DNA from: Cenococcum geophilum
Lineage: Eukaryota
Length of the DNA stretch: 64,000 nucleotides
Assembly: GCA_050273025.1 (NCBI GenBank)
Contig: CP158635.1
Coordinates: forward strand, 20,584,001-20,648,000
Direction of reading: 5' to 3'
The notes below the pieces were generated by a model. The model searched no databases, was not told the DNA's origin, and saw only the letters and a list, made by a program, of their open reading frames with translations. The position numbers and the translations under genes are program-made. Below are positions 51,755 through 64,000 of this stretch, piece after piece. Positions within the stretch are counted from its first letter, which is position 1; every line of letters starts with the position of its first letter.

Positions 51755-53507
51755 CTACTAAATATAAATAAGCTTTTAATAACCTAAAATATTATTTTAT
51801 AACTACTTTAATTCTTATCTACTTTAATTTAGACCTTAAATATATTATTAAAACAGACTCGTCTAATTATATACTAGGAGGAGTATTATCGCAATATAAT
51901 AAAAACGGCGAGCTACGTCTAGTAGCCTTTCTCTCTTAGAAACTTACCCCTACTAAATTAAACTATAAAATATATAATAAGGAACTGCTTATAATTATTA
52001 AATACTTTAAATAAGAGCGTCTAGAACTTAAAGAATTATTATTTCTAATACGCGTATTAATGGATTATAAAAACCTATAGTACTTTATAACTATAAAGCA
52101 ATTAATATAACACTAAATTTGTTAGGCTAAATACCTCTTATAATTTAACTTTAAGATTACCTACTAATTTAGCAAACTTAATTAGAAGCCTAATTTATTA
52201 ATATAATAATTATAAAACTTACCTATAAACGCCTCTATTAAACGAATTATAAATTAATTATAAATTTTACTACCCTCTAAACGCTTTAAGAAACTACGCC
52301 CTATATTTTTAAATGCGGAGCTTAATAGAAATAAATTAGAAATTAATAAGTAGGATATAAAAATTAATAAATCAATAGAATATAAATATAAGAATAACCC
52401 CTAGATAGTAGATATAATAAAAGTAATTTAAATAGGGAAATAGCAATATAAGGATATTACACTCACTAAATACGAAATCTATAATAATTAGTTATACTAT
52501 TAATAAAAGATAGTAATCCCGAATTCTAAACCCTTATAATTTAAGATACTTAAATTTATATATAATTCCCTTATAGTAGGGCATCTAGGCTATATATTAA
52601 GACCTATAAAATTATCTAATAAGTATATTACTAGCCTATAATGCATAACTATATATTAAAATATGTTTGAGTATATAGAATATATATATGTAGGAAGACC
52701 TCTTATATAAAGAAGTAAAGAGTACTTTAACTATTACCAATTCCAATATAAAGATAGTGAGATATCTTAATTAACTTTATAGTTAACCTACCTAATAGTA
52801 ATAGGTTTATAAATATTATAGTAGTTATTAACTATTTTATAAAAATACAATATATAATTCCTATAGACTTAATTAATGCAATATTAGTAGCTAAATGTTT
52901 TATTAAGCACGTCTTTAAGCTATATAGTCTTCCTAATTTAATAATATCTAACTATAGAAGCTAATTTATTTTAGACTTCTAGTAAGCCCTATATAAACAA
53001 TTAAGTATATAAATACAACTCTTAACTGTATTTTATTTAGAGACAGATAGTTAAACTAAAATTATAAATACAATTATAGAACAATACCTATAAGATAACT
53101 AAAAAAAGTGGCTACCTTTAGCTAAGTTTACTATAAATAATATAAGAAATAAATTAATAGGCGTAACGCCATTCTACGCAACCTATAGATAAGACCCTTA
53201 ATTTAGATTTAAACTATAACCTGAAATTAATACAATAGGACCTATAATTAAGAGGATTTAACTAATTAACGCGTATAACTTCGCTAATTAAATAAAGTAG
53301 TTAATGGAACTATTATAAAGTAAATTAGCGTACGCTTAAATAGTATAAAAATAGTATATAAATAAAGGACAAGCTCCTATATAGGACTTTAAGGAAGGTA
53401 ATATAGTTTACCTAAATATATAAAACCTAAAGACTTAATAACCCTTAAAGAAACTTAATTAGAAGTTTATAGGCCTATATTAAATTAAGAAGAGACTAAG
53501 CCCGTAT

Positions 53508-56500
53508 TGTAACGGAACCTTATAGCAAGAACTACGGTAGGTCCTGTTATTGGGCTAGGTGTATAGGAAATGCAAATAACAATAGTCGACAAGTAATAAC
53601 AACTAGTGGAGTGGTTGCCTAACAGATTAACTCTAATTATATTCTAAGAATCACTATAAGGAAGGAACTATCTAGGTAGGGATTAAGGGTCCTTAAATAC
53701 ACAACCGTACTCCTATAAAATCCTTCTTATATATAATATACGTCTTATATATAAGGTACGTAAGTTCCTCTTATTCCTCTTGTTTAATACGTAGCATATT
53801 ATATAACCTCGGCTACTATTCCTTATCACATAGTTCTACCGATTCCATCCTAGACCGTACCTAAATTAACTAACTAGCTTCTTTTAACTCTTCCCTAAGT
53901 AGTTATAATATTATACTTAAAGCGTCCGTAACACTATCTCCCTCCTCTTTATCTTCGTCCTTAAAGATTCCTAATATCTCTAAGTTATTTACTAGAGGTA
54001 TAATATCCGTCTAATTAATTTAGTTAATATTATTACTTATTATACCTAAAGCAATTTCTTCTTTATACGCCTAACGTTATGCTTACACTATTACTGTAAT
54101 ATTATCTCTTAGTGAGATTATGCTATCTCTATGTTCTTGCTATTTGAAAGAGGGGTTGGTTTATATTATGTTAGCGAACCCATCTTCGCGACAACTGTTC
54201 TTTTACTTAAAGTGCACTAAAGCAAATATTTATTTGTCCTGTGACGTTCGCTCTACCTCTAATACTAAATATATGTGACCTATTACTCTTAATAGTTGTC
54301 TAGTTCCCTAATTAATTTATCTTAGGGTTTTATATTTAATCTGCTGCTATACGGCTAAATAGTAAACTGTCTTAAGCCCTTGCTAAGTTAGAATATTCTT
54401 ATAATGCGGAACAAAAGGCCCTAGATACTCGCATCGCGGCGTCTACTTAATTACTTCGCCTTAAGAAGGTTTGTAAGAAGGTTTGTTTTAAGGAGTAGAA
54501 ACTTATAGAATAGGGTTTACAGGAACTTAGTAATAAAAAAACAGATTCTCTTCTAATAGAGAAGGAAATAGATCCGAGTAGTTCGGTAACTGCTCTTCTT
54601 AGGTCCCCCTTAGGTGACTTATTCTTTGGCGATCCTTCTTTATTAATGCTACCTAACCTAATCTCCTCTAATACTCCTATACCTTTCCTATAGCGTTTTT
54701 TAAATTCTCTAGTAGTTCCTAGGTAGTCTTAGTGTAGCCTAACCACTTAACCTTATACTATATTTTATCGTCAACGTCCTTATAACTAATAATCCTTAAA
54801 ACTTGCTATTTATCTTCTTCTCTCCCTCTATACGTGTCTGCTTCGTAGACTAGTGGCTTAATATTCCCATATGCTAACTCTAGTATCGCGATATACTGTA
54901 CAGGGTAGATCTTTATTTTGGCTAGTAGGTTTAACTTAAATATAACTAGTGAAATCCTTTATATAATTTCGAAAGGTCCTAGTCTAATATAGTCTAACTT
55001 CTTGCTTAGTCGTTAACTCTTAAAATTTTTATATAGTAGCCATACTTTATCTCCCTCCTTAAGATCTAGTCCCTTAGATCTCTTAGCGTTATAGTACCTT
55101 TTTATCCTTTATTGTACTTCCTTAGCTGTTTCTGTAAGGTTTATATAAAGATTTATTAAAGTCTCCATTCTTTACTTAGCTCTACTACTCGTTTTCTTTG
55201 CTTGTCGTGGCAATAACGATATTCTTAGCTTATATCCGTAATTCGCCTTAAATAGTAACGTACCCATTCCTTCTTAAGGTATTATATTATATACAAACTA
55301 TATAACTAGTAATAGTAATACCCAATTGTTCTATATATGATTAATATAATATCTTAAATACTGCTCTAGTGTCTAATTTAACCTTTCTATTTAACTGTCT
55401 ATCTGCGGATAATATACAATAGAAGTTGCTGCTTAAACTCCTTGTTCCGCTAAGAATACCTCCTAAAATGCTGCTATAAATCTTAGATCTCTATCCGATA
55501 TAATCTTACTTAGTGCTCCATGTCTTATAAACACTTCTTTAATATAGATTCTAGCGACATCTTCCGCTGAGATTTCTTTTATACATGCTATAAAGTATCC
55601 CCACTTTATAAGCTTGTTTACTATTACTAAGATCGTATTATAATCTTATCCAGTAATAGGATCTCTTAACTTTAGTAACTTAATAATAAAGTCCTATAAT
55701 ATAACCTCCTATAGTCTCTCTGGTATTTTAATAGGTTATAGCCCTCTATATAGCTTATGCCTTATTAGTTTATTTTTTTAGTAATCTAAATACTCCCTTA
55801 TAACCTTCCTAGCTATTCTTTAGATTCCATTAATAATATACTCTTCTTGGAGTCTTAACACTAAGCCTATGGCTCTATTATGTTCTTAAGTTAATCCCTT
55901 ATAGAACTCTTCTATAAATTGCTTAGCTATGCTTCTTAGGATATACTTTACTTCTCGATTTTCGTATATATCTATCTATAGATCTTCTAGCTATGCTTTT
56001 AGAATTCTTTATACCTAAAAGCTTTCTAGTGCCTTATAGACTCTTTCTAGCTCCTTATCTTCCTAAGTCGCTATAATCTTTAGATAATTGTACCTAATTA
56101 ATCCATCTATATCTTTTCGTAGTAAAGCCCCTAATGGCTTCTCGTCATTTTGTAGTTTAGCTTTGCGGCTTAGAGCATCTGCCCGCGTATTATCTGTACC
56201 CTTAGTATACTAAATCTCGAAATAATATTCTGTAAGTATCTCTGCCTATCTAACCTATCTTTAGTTAAGTTCCTTTATTATTAGGAATCCTATTAGGTTC
56301 TTATAATCCGTCTTAACTATAAATAGTTTCTCTATGCCTTGCAAGAATGCTCTCTATTCCTTTAATGCTATAACTATATCTAATAACTCCTTATTATAAA
56401 TGTTATAGTTTAACTCTAGTAGTGTTATCTTCCGACTATAGTATACCACTGGGTGCTATTTATCTTAATGCTTTTATATAAAGCATGCCCCTAGTATAAA

Positions 56501-59500
56501 GTCTAATACATCTATCTTTATAACCGTCTCTAGTCCTAGTTAATAGATCTTAAGAACTAGCTCCTAGGTAAATAACCTCTTAACTTCCTTAAATAGCTCT
56601 TATTACTCTTTTCCCTATACCTATAGTTCTTCTTTCTTTATTAATTGCGTAAGTAGCTTAATATCCTTTAACTACTGCGCTATAAACCTTCTACAGTAAT
56701 TACAAAACCCTAAGAACGATCTTAATTGCGTAACGTTCTCTAGTTCTTACCAATTCACTATAGCCTCAATCTTCTTTAGATTTATACTAAGTTAGCCTAG
56801 TTTAATAATAAATCTAACAAAATCGGTCTTCCTAGTAAAGAACTCGTATTTTTTAATTACTACTAGCATCTGTTCTTTCTATAGTCTCTTTAAAACCCAT
56901 TTAACGTATTCTCTATATTCTTCCTTAGTCATTAAGTAGATAATAATATCGTTAAGATATACCATAATAAATTCATCTAAGTATTCTCCTAATATATTGT
57001 TAATACGCTTCTGGAACGTTACTAGTGCGTTTATAAGCCTAAATTATATAACTAATAGTTTATATAGTCCTTCCTTTAACCTAAAGGCTACCTTTTATTC
57101 GTCGCCTTTCTTAATCCTAATCTAATAGTACGCCCATCTTAGATCTATCTTCGTAAAGATTTACGCATTGCCTATCCTATCTTAGATTTCGCTAATTAAG
57201 GGTAAAGAATACCTATCCTTTCTTATAATGCTGTTTAACTATCTATAGTTAATATACAGCCTTAGTTTGCTATTTTTCTTTAATATAAACAGTACTAGAT
57301 AACCCGCTAATAACTGCGATGGTCTAATATATCCCTTTTATAAGTTTTCTTAGATAAACTCTTTTAGTACTCTACCTTCTTCTTTAGTAAGCTTATAGAT
57401 TAGAAAGAACCTTAGACTTATTCCTAGTTCTAATTCTATCTTATAGTCCTATACTATATACTCTAACAGCTTTTTACTCTCTAGTAACCATAGTTTCTTA
57501 CTATACTTATAGTATCTCTTTAGTACATAACTTAAGCCTTACTTAGTTTCTTTATATATCGCTCCGACTTAGTACTATACTAACTTAGCTTATTATTATA
57601 TCTTGCGGCGTTAAGTATCCCTAATATTAACCTAACCTATAATTCAATCAATCCTTAGATTATATTCCTGTAACTAAGGCATTCCTAGTACTGCCTTATT
57701 ATTCCCTAATAGTAATATATCAAAAGATATCTCAATTTATCTCCCTTTAATAGTTAACTAAATAGGTCCTATTTTAAGATTAATAATCCCTCCTCTATAG
57801 GCTATTAGATCTCCTAAAATTATCACTAATAGGTAAGGCTCCTCTTTTTATCTATAAGGTAATCCCATTCTTTTAACTATTACTAGCGAGATATAGTTCC
57901 TTATTACTCCACTATCTATTAATGCCTCAAACTATTAATCTTACTATTTAACTTATAAATTTAGGTGTTATCCTTAAATTCCTTTAAGGGTCTAAGGCTC
58001 TACCACTAGCTCCCTCTAGTCCCGTAGGCCTCTACTTTTCCTAACTATTAGCTACTTAATCTTATTACACTTAGCTTACTCTTTAGCCAATGCCTAGTTC
58101 GCTTTTTATTTTTAATATACTATAGATATATATTCTCTAGGCATTCCCACCACTGTCGTCCTTCTAAGTATTCTTCTATAAGGAATCTTCCTAGTTAAAG
58201 TATTAAATTTCCTTCCTCTTAGACTTCTGCTGGATGCCATTTGTATATATATTTAGCATTTCTATACTATTACTTATCCGTTATCTAGTATATCCTTACA
58301 AAGTATTTCCAATTCTTTTCCTTTAAATTCTTATACATTTCGCATATATCGTCCACGCACGTAATCTATAATAACATATAGTATGCTAGGTGCTTTAGGT
58401 TAACTCTTAGCTTATCTTTATCCCTAAGTTTAAACCTCTATTGTACTAATCTAAACGTTATAACTTCGTTCGCAGGTACTAAGGTGCGTCTCTTACTTCT
58501 CTAGTCCTCTAATTATTTCTTTAGATCCTTTAACGTTATAATTAAGGCTTCTTTAATATAAGTTATAGCCTTTTCTATAATCGGGTAGTCCTAGATAACT
58601 TTTTTATCTAACCACATATAGAAATCTTCCCACTTATCGTTATACCTCTGCCTATACTACTTTTAGTACAGCTGCTAGAGTATATACAGCCTATCCATAA
58701 GGAAGTATCTTTTTATTACTATATCGTAACAGCCCTTTATATGTCGTTCTTCAAACCTAATAGGAATTCCTAAATCCTCTTCGTTTTCCAGTTTGGTAAG
58801 CCACTTAGCTCTTAATGTGCCTACTCTTAGCCTATTAGTAATTCTTTATACTAGCGCTCTGTCCCTTATACGTCCTAATATACTAGATCTCTTATCTAGT
58901 TTCTATTCTTACTATGCGATAATTCTTGCTCTAAATTCGTCCATAGTTTCCTTTGGTTTGCGCCTTGCGCTTAAATCCTTAAAATCGTCTTACTTCTTAA
59001 TCTTAGTATTAACTTTTTAATCTTTAGTCCGAACACTATATTCTACTAGTAAGTCCTCTAGGTCTATATATTTGTCTCCTAGTCTAGTTACTGTTTATAT
59101 TATAGATTCTCTAATTTATAAAGAAGCTCCTTACTTCTTGCCTATAGGTGTTTTAATTTACACTCCGAATTCCTAACCCCTTAGATTCTTTAATCCTAAG
59201 CTTGCTTCTAACTTAAGCTTAGCTTCAGCCTTAGTCCAACTAGGCTTACTTAGTATTCTTATCTCATCTTAAGAGTCTTAAATTTCACTTATCTCGTCTT
59301 AAGAATCTTATACCTATGGGAATTTTCATCCCGAGCTCATTTATATGTCTTTAAACTAAGCTGCTACTCTACTCCATTAGTTATTGTCCATTATAGGTCC
59401 TTAAGCTTACCTTATCTCATCTTAAGAGTCTTAGTCGTCTCTTATCTCATCTTAAGAATCTTAAGCCTTTGGCTTCTTACCTTTATTAAGTGCCAAAGTG

Positions 59501-61467
59501 GCTCGCTGTCCTACTTCTCTTACGTCTTATAAAGCGATAGACATCGTGTCTAGTAGGGTCTTAATCCCTACTAATATTCCCTATTCTGTAGTAGAATTAT
59601 CCTCTACCTCTAGTATAACATCTCTAATAGCTACGTGTTCCTAGTAAACCGCCCTTATTGCCTTATTGTTACGAAATATTTCGCCTATATCGAATTCATT
59701 ATCCTTAATGTCCGATCTACGAACTAGTTTATTAGTTTCTTTATATTCTACAGGTACTAGCTCCTATAGCTAGTAGCTTACGCCGTACTTAGCGTCTTTA
59801 TAAATTTGGTATGCATTATTATAATAAAATGCAAAACTTTTAATTAAATACTCTTTTATTCCTTATAGCACACTATTATCCCTCTATACATATATATTAT
59901 CTACTACTAGTCTAGTTCCCTTTATTATATAGTACTTCTAACTATCTTTATAATCCCTTACAAAGTGACCCTATTTTCCGCAATTTATATAAGCTCCATC
60001 TCTAAACCATTAACTTTACTATAGAGTCCGCCTAAACATCTTCTACTATTAAGATCCCTGGTTTAGCCTCTGCTCCTTAGTCCTATAATCACTAGATCCT
60101 TAACCTCTAGGTTTTTATAGTTTCTTACTCCATCTCTTATAGGCTTCTTTAGTACTACTTAGGTCTATTAGCTCTACGCTATACTATAGTTTCTAACTTA
60201 GCTTTAGTCATTATATACTCTGCGTCTTATACGACTATAAAACTCTATCCTAACCTCTTTTAGCCTGTTCCCTTTAGTAGATCCAATTATTAATCTTAAT
60301 CGCCTAATCTATTAGTTCCCTTAGGGTATCTATATCTTCTATTAGAATAATTACGTCCTAGACTTTAGCCTTAAGTCCCTATTTATACTGTGCTATAAGC
60401 GCCCTATTATTCTACTTAACTTATATTGCTAGCGTCTAGAACTACGTTATATACTTAATTACTAACGTTCACTGCGTAATATCTTAGAGTTTTCTTTCCG
60501 CTATAGTTACTGCCTTTAGGTCTCTAAATATTTATATAAGTTACTCCACAAATCCATTCTAGCTTAAGAACATAAACCGTACCTCTTAGTTTATAGTCGT
60601 TATTCTATTTACCTGGATTTCCGTAAGGTAAGGCTTAAACTACTTAAGTGCTCTTCCTATTAGGAACAATCCCGCGTACGCTATTTAATCTATAGGTGTT
60701 ACCAGCTTAGCTCCCTCTTACGCAACCTTAAAGTGCATTTGCGTAAGGAATCCTTTAAGCTTTAATCTCTCTCCCAAGTATCTTTTAATTAATAGTAACT
60801 TAACCTTTACTGCGCCTATCCTATTAATCCTATTTTCTAACGTCGCATTATTTTCTATTAACTAGTTAACTATCTCTTATAGTTGTCCAACCGTTATAGG
60901 TTACTGTAAGTTAGTGTCTGCTATATTAGTGTCGTTACCTAACCTTAATGTAGTTGCCGCCGTTAATAGCGTTATAGTGGCTGCTTTTAGTGGCATGTTA
61001 TCTAACTTACTATATTTAATACCGTGACTAGGTAGTAATTATATAACGGAACCTTATAGCAAGAACTACGGTAGGTCCTATTATTAGGCTAGGTGTATAG
61101 GAAATATAAATAATAATAGTTAATAAGTAATAACAACTAGTAGAGTGGTTGCCTAATAGATTAACTCTAATTATATTCTAAGAATCACTATAAGGAAGGA
61201 ACTATCTAGGTAGGGACTAAGGGTCCTTAAATACACAACCGTACTCCTATAAAATCCTTCTTATACGTAATATACGTCTTATACGTAAGGTATATAAGTT
61301 CCTCTCGTTCCTCTCGTTTAATACATAGCACATTATATGACCTCGGCTACCATTCCTCGTTACATGGTTCTACCGGTTCCATTCTAGACCGTGCCTAAAT
61401 TAACCAACTAGCTTCTTCCAACTCTTCCCTAAGTAGTCGTAATATTGTACTTAAAGCGTCCGTAACA
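53508..61467 (-). mobile_element. Ty3/Gypsy chromovirus 2, full length, RIP-degraded
   Basis: 426-bp LTRs at 53508-53933 and 61042-61467; CGTAT TSD; PPT GAGGAGGGAGATAG next to the 3' LTR. gag ATG ~60997, protease ALIDSG ~57915, RT YL(D)DII ~56950, RNase H, integrase, chromodomain ~54660-54830 (Y(E)VKW.GY..TT(W)E(P).ENL). Confidence 0.93.
54042..54726 (+). pseudogene. Antisense two-exon gene inside Gypsy 2: Zn(II)2Cys6-like cluster + coiled coil, RIP-mutated
   Basis: One continuous frame across a 55-nt intron 54271-54325. Cys or Tyr (TGY>TAY) codons lie at Cx2Cx6Cx13Cx2Cx8C spacing. All stops are TAA/TAG and are consistent with C>T/G>A transitions. Start and end are approximate. Confidence 0.7.
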
Positions 61468-62646
61468 CGTATACTTCTAAGCTTAAACTACTAACTAAGA
61501 TAAAAATATATCTAACGTTTTATATAAGCTTACTATAATCTTTAAAGGGTAAACATATAACTTATAAAGTGCCGCCGCTACCTTCTATAATTATTAATAA
61601 CGGTAATAGTTCTTACTTTATTAACTTAATTAATAATATATAATAGAAAATATAATCTAAATAATTTAAACTCCTTATTAAGTAAAAAGGATATAAAATA
61701 TAAACTTAGGAAACCTATAACTAGATTAAGACTAACGCGCCTTCCCTAGTAAAAGAATTCTATAAAGACTATCCTTTATAGCCTACTCTAGCTAGATAAA
61801 TATAATATAAAGATAAAAGACTAATACCTAATATAAATATACGAAATATAATAGCAGAAAGCTTAAAATTAAAAAGAACTTAAAATATATTATAACATTT
61901 ATAATATAATTACGTAATACGTAAGATATTAAGGAACTTTAACCGCCAGTTAAAGTTATTTAATTAGTTAGATCCGCCTTACTAAAACCTACTATAAGAT
62001 ATTAGTTCTGCTTACCGCCTTAACTAAGCTAATAGCAATTTTCTATCCTAGGGATAGAAAATCCTAATTAGCCTATTTAACGATTAGAACTAGTAAAACC
62101 TTATACTACTACCTAACGCGAAAATATAATACGTAATAAGTTATAAGTCTTAACTAAAATTAAATTATTTAGACCTTTAGCTAAAAGTGGGGGTACTATA
62201 ACGAGACTAGCCTAGTTATAATAAGAATGTCTTAATAAAACACTTAATAAATAAATTCCGGCGCTTTAACCAAATTTTACTAAAGTCCGTTAAAGACCGC
62301 ATGCGTATATACACACGCATTAACTACTAAGCCCCTAACTATTTAATTATATAATTCTCTTATTATTCCTTTCTCTTCTTTATATAACGTCTTGTTCTTA
62401 GCGAGAGCTATATACCCTTAGGTTTAGATAGAATTTATATCATTCCTTTAAATCTTCCCTAAAGTCTCTTCGCGCCCTTATAGGGTTATAAACTTTGGTT
62501 AAATAGACCCTAGTTATAAATAGGCCTATTTTATAATATATAAATAGTCTATTAAGCTAGTATAGAGTAATAAACTAGTTTAGGAAGGGTGCTCTTTAAA
62601 TTAAGCTTTATTATTAGCGTACGCTATAGCTTTACCTATAAGTTTC

Positions 62647-62990
62647 TATAACGGGACTAGCCCAGTTATAGTAGGAATGTCTTAGTAAAATACTCGATAG
62701 ATAAATTCTAACGCTTTGACTAAATTCTGCTAAATTCTGCTAGCTTAATTGACTTCTGCTAAGTTCTGCTAGATGTATTGAATTTTACTAAAGTTAGTCA
62801 AAGACCGCGTATGTACGTGCGCACGTATTGACTACTAAGACCCCTAACTATTTAATATATAACCCTTTTATTATTACTTTCTCTTCTTTACGTAACGTCT
62901 TATTCTTAGCAAGAGCTATATACCCTTAGATTTAGATAGAATTTATATCATTCCTTTAAATCTTCCCCGAAGTCTCTTTGCGCCCTTATA
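62647..62990 (+). mobile_element. Second copy of the Gypsy 1 LTR, probably a solo LTR
   Basis: Homologous to 62197-62482 with extra internal AATTCTGCTA-like repeats. Flanks GTTTC / GTTGC are a near-TSD. Confidence 0.75.
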
Positions 62991-63337
62991 GTTGCCTATA
63001 AGTTACCTATAAGTCACTAGTATAACTAGGTTACATTAAAGTGTGGCTTATATAGGATATTAATAAATTACGCTTTATCCTATATATATACCGTAGTTCT
63101 TACTATAAGTATTAGCTTATTCTTTAATCCCTTAAAACGTCCTTTATTCCGCTTTAGCGTAATTATAAAAGGCTAGTCTAACCGGAACGTATAATTATCT
63201 AATTAATAGTATAGAATAAGAGTTATAGTTAAGTAGAAGATAAGGTAAGGTAGAATAATCTTTATAAATAAAGGATAAATACTTTCTAACCTCTTTTATT
63301 TAGAGACTAATTGCTAGCTCTTCTTTAAAGGAGAACT

Positions 63338-64000
63338 TGTTACAAACGCTTTAAGTACAATGTTATAACTACTTGGAGAAGAGTTGGAGGAAGCTAGTTG
63401 GTTAATATAAGCACGGTCCAGGATAGATCCGGTAGAACTATGTGACGAGGAATAGTAACCAAGTCACGTGATGTAATCTGTGTGATCTGTATAATCTGTG
63501 TAATCTGTGTAACAGAGTAAACAGAGCACACGTACCTTACGTATAAGAAGGATTTCATAGGAGTACGGTTATATATTTAAGGACCCTTAGTCCCTACCTA
63601 GATAGTTCCTTCCTTATAGTAATTCTCAGAATACAATTAGAGTTAATCTATTGGGCAACCACTCCACCAGTTATTATTACGTTATTAACTTTATATATTA
63701 CCTACACACCTAGCCTAATAACAAACCCACCGTAGTACTTGCTACAAGGTTCCGTTATATAATTACTACCTAGTTATAATATTAAAAGTTAAACAATATG
63801 CCACTAAAAGCAGCCACTATAACGCTATTGACGGCGGCAACTACTTTAAGGTTAGGAGGTAACACCAGTATAGCAGATACTAACTCATAACAACCTATAA
63901 CAGTTGAATAATTATAAGAAATAGTTAACCAGTTAATAGAAAATAATACGGTACTTAAATAAAGGGTTAATAGAATAGGAGCAGCAAAGGTTAAGTTACT
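63338..64000 (+). mobile_element. 5' LTR and gag start of another Gypsy 2-family element (runs off the window)
   Basis: LTR 63338-63759 is a reverse-complement homolog of 61042-61467, with an 11-bp TGTAATCTGTG tandem array. gag ATG at 63798 (MPLKAATITLLTAATT) matches ~60997. Confidence 0.9.

Larger units (their letters stand above)
37282..62482 (+). mobile_element. Host Ty3/Gypsy chromovirus 1, 5'-truncated, interrupted by three nested elements, RIP-degraded
   Basis: Own segments: 37282-37843 (gag knuckle/protease region), 44375-45431 (RT, YI(DD)ILIY), 51755-53507 (RNase H ETDSS(D)Y..NY(E)IY(D)KELL; integrase GHPG, (HP)ETD(GQ)T(E), GPY), 61468-~61830 (integrase end, chromodomain). PPT AAAAGTGGGGGTAC precedes the 3' LTR at 62197-62482. 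Confidence 0.85.

Noticed and set aside
35078..59020. Short ORF-track hits in the AT-rich region (35078, 38753, 40381, 58793)
   Set aside because: Chance stop-free stretches within RIPed elements, not independent genes.
61990..62110. Self-cleaving ribozyme in the Gypsy 1 3' UTR fold-back
   Set aside because: Hammerhead (CUGANGA/GAAA) or hairpin-ribozyme cores could not be placed convincingly even after de-RIP; kept only as a palindrome finding.
1..64000. tRNA or rRNA genes
   Set aside because: None recognised by eye; a tRNAscan-SE or Infernal run would be needed to exclude them.

Overview
Eukaryotic genomic DNA from a filamentous ascomycete (Pezizomycotina), judged from short GT-AG introns with CTRAC branch points and a strong RIP signature. 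The window has two compartments. (1) About 1-27,300 is gene-dense with balanced GC. It holds VPS15 (partial), ALG2, an EF-hand type II NADH dehydrogenase, ESF1, EIF1AD, ALG3, ARO7 and MDV1. An accessory block sits between ESF1 and EIF1AD: membrane-protein pseudogene, alpha/beta hydrolase, 55-aa spliced microprotein, tautomerase pseudogene, aryl-alcohol-dehydrogenase-type AKR and an MFS transporter. (2) From about 27,300 the sequence is an AT-rich, RIP-degraded transposon nest: a DD34E Tc1 element, hAT relics around an intact ankyrin gene and an F-box pseudogene, a truncated Copia-like element, and a host Gypsy chromovirus. The host is split by two inverted full-length Copia-like elements and a second full-length Gypsy, each with a readable 5-bp TSD, and more LTRs follow. 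Two observations stand out. An intron-containing antisense gene inside the second Gypsy de-RIPs to a Zn(II)2Cys6-like cluster plus coiled coil. A ~60-bp palindromic module with a compensatory change is shared between the 3' UTRs of unrelated Copia and Gypsy elements. All calls come from reading and manual translation; no database searches were run, and 'de-RIP' readings are inferences.
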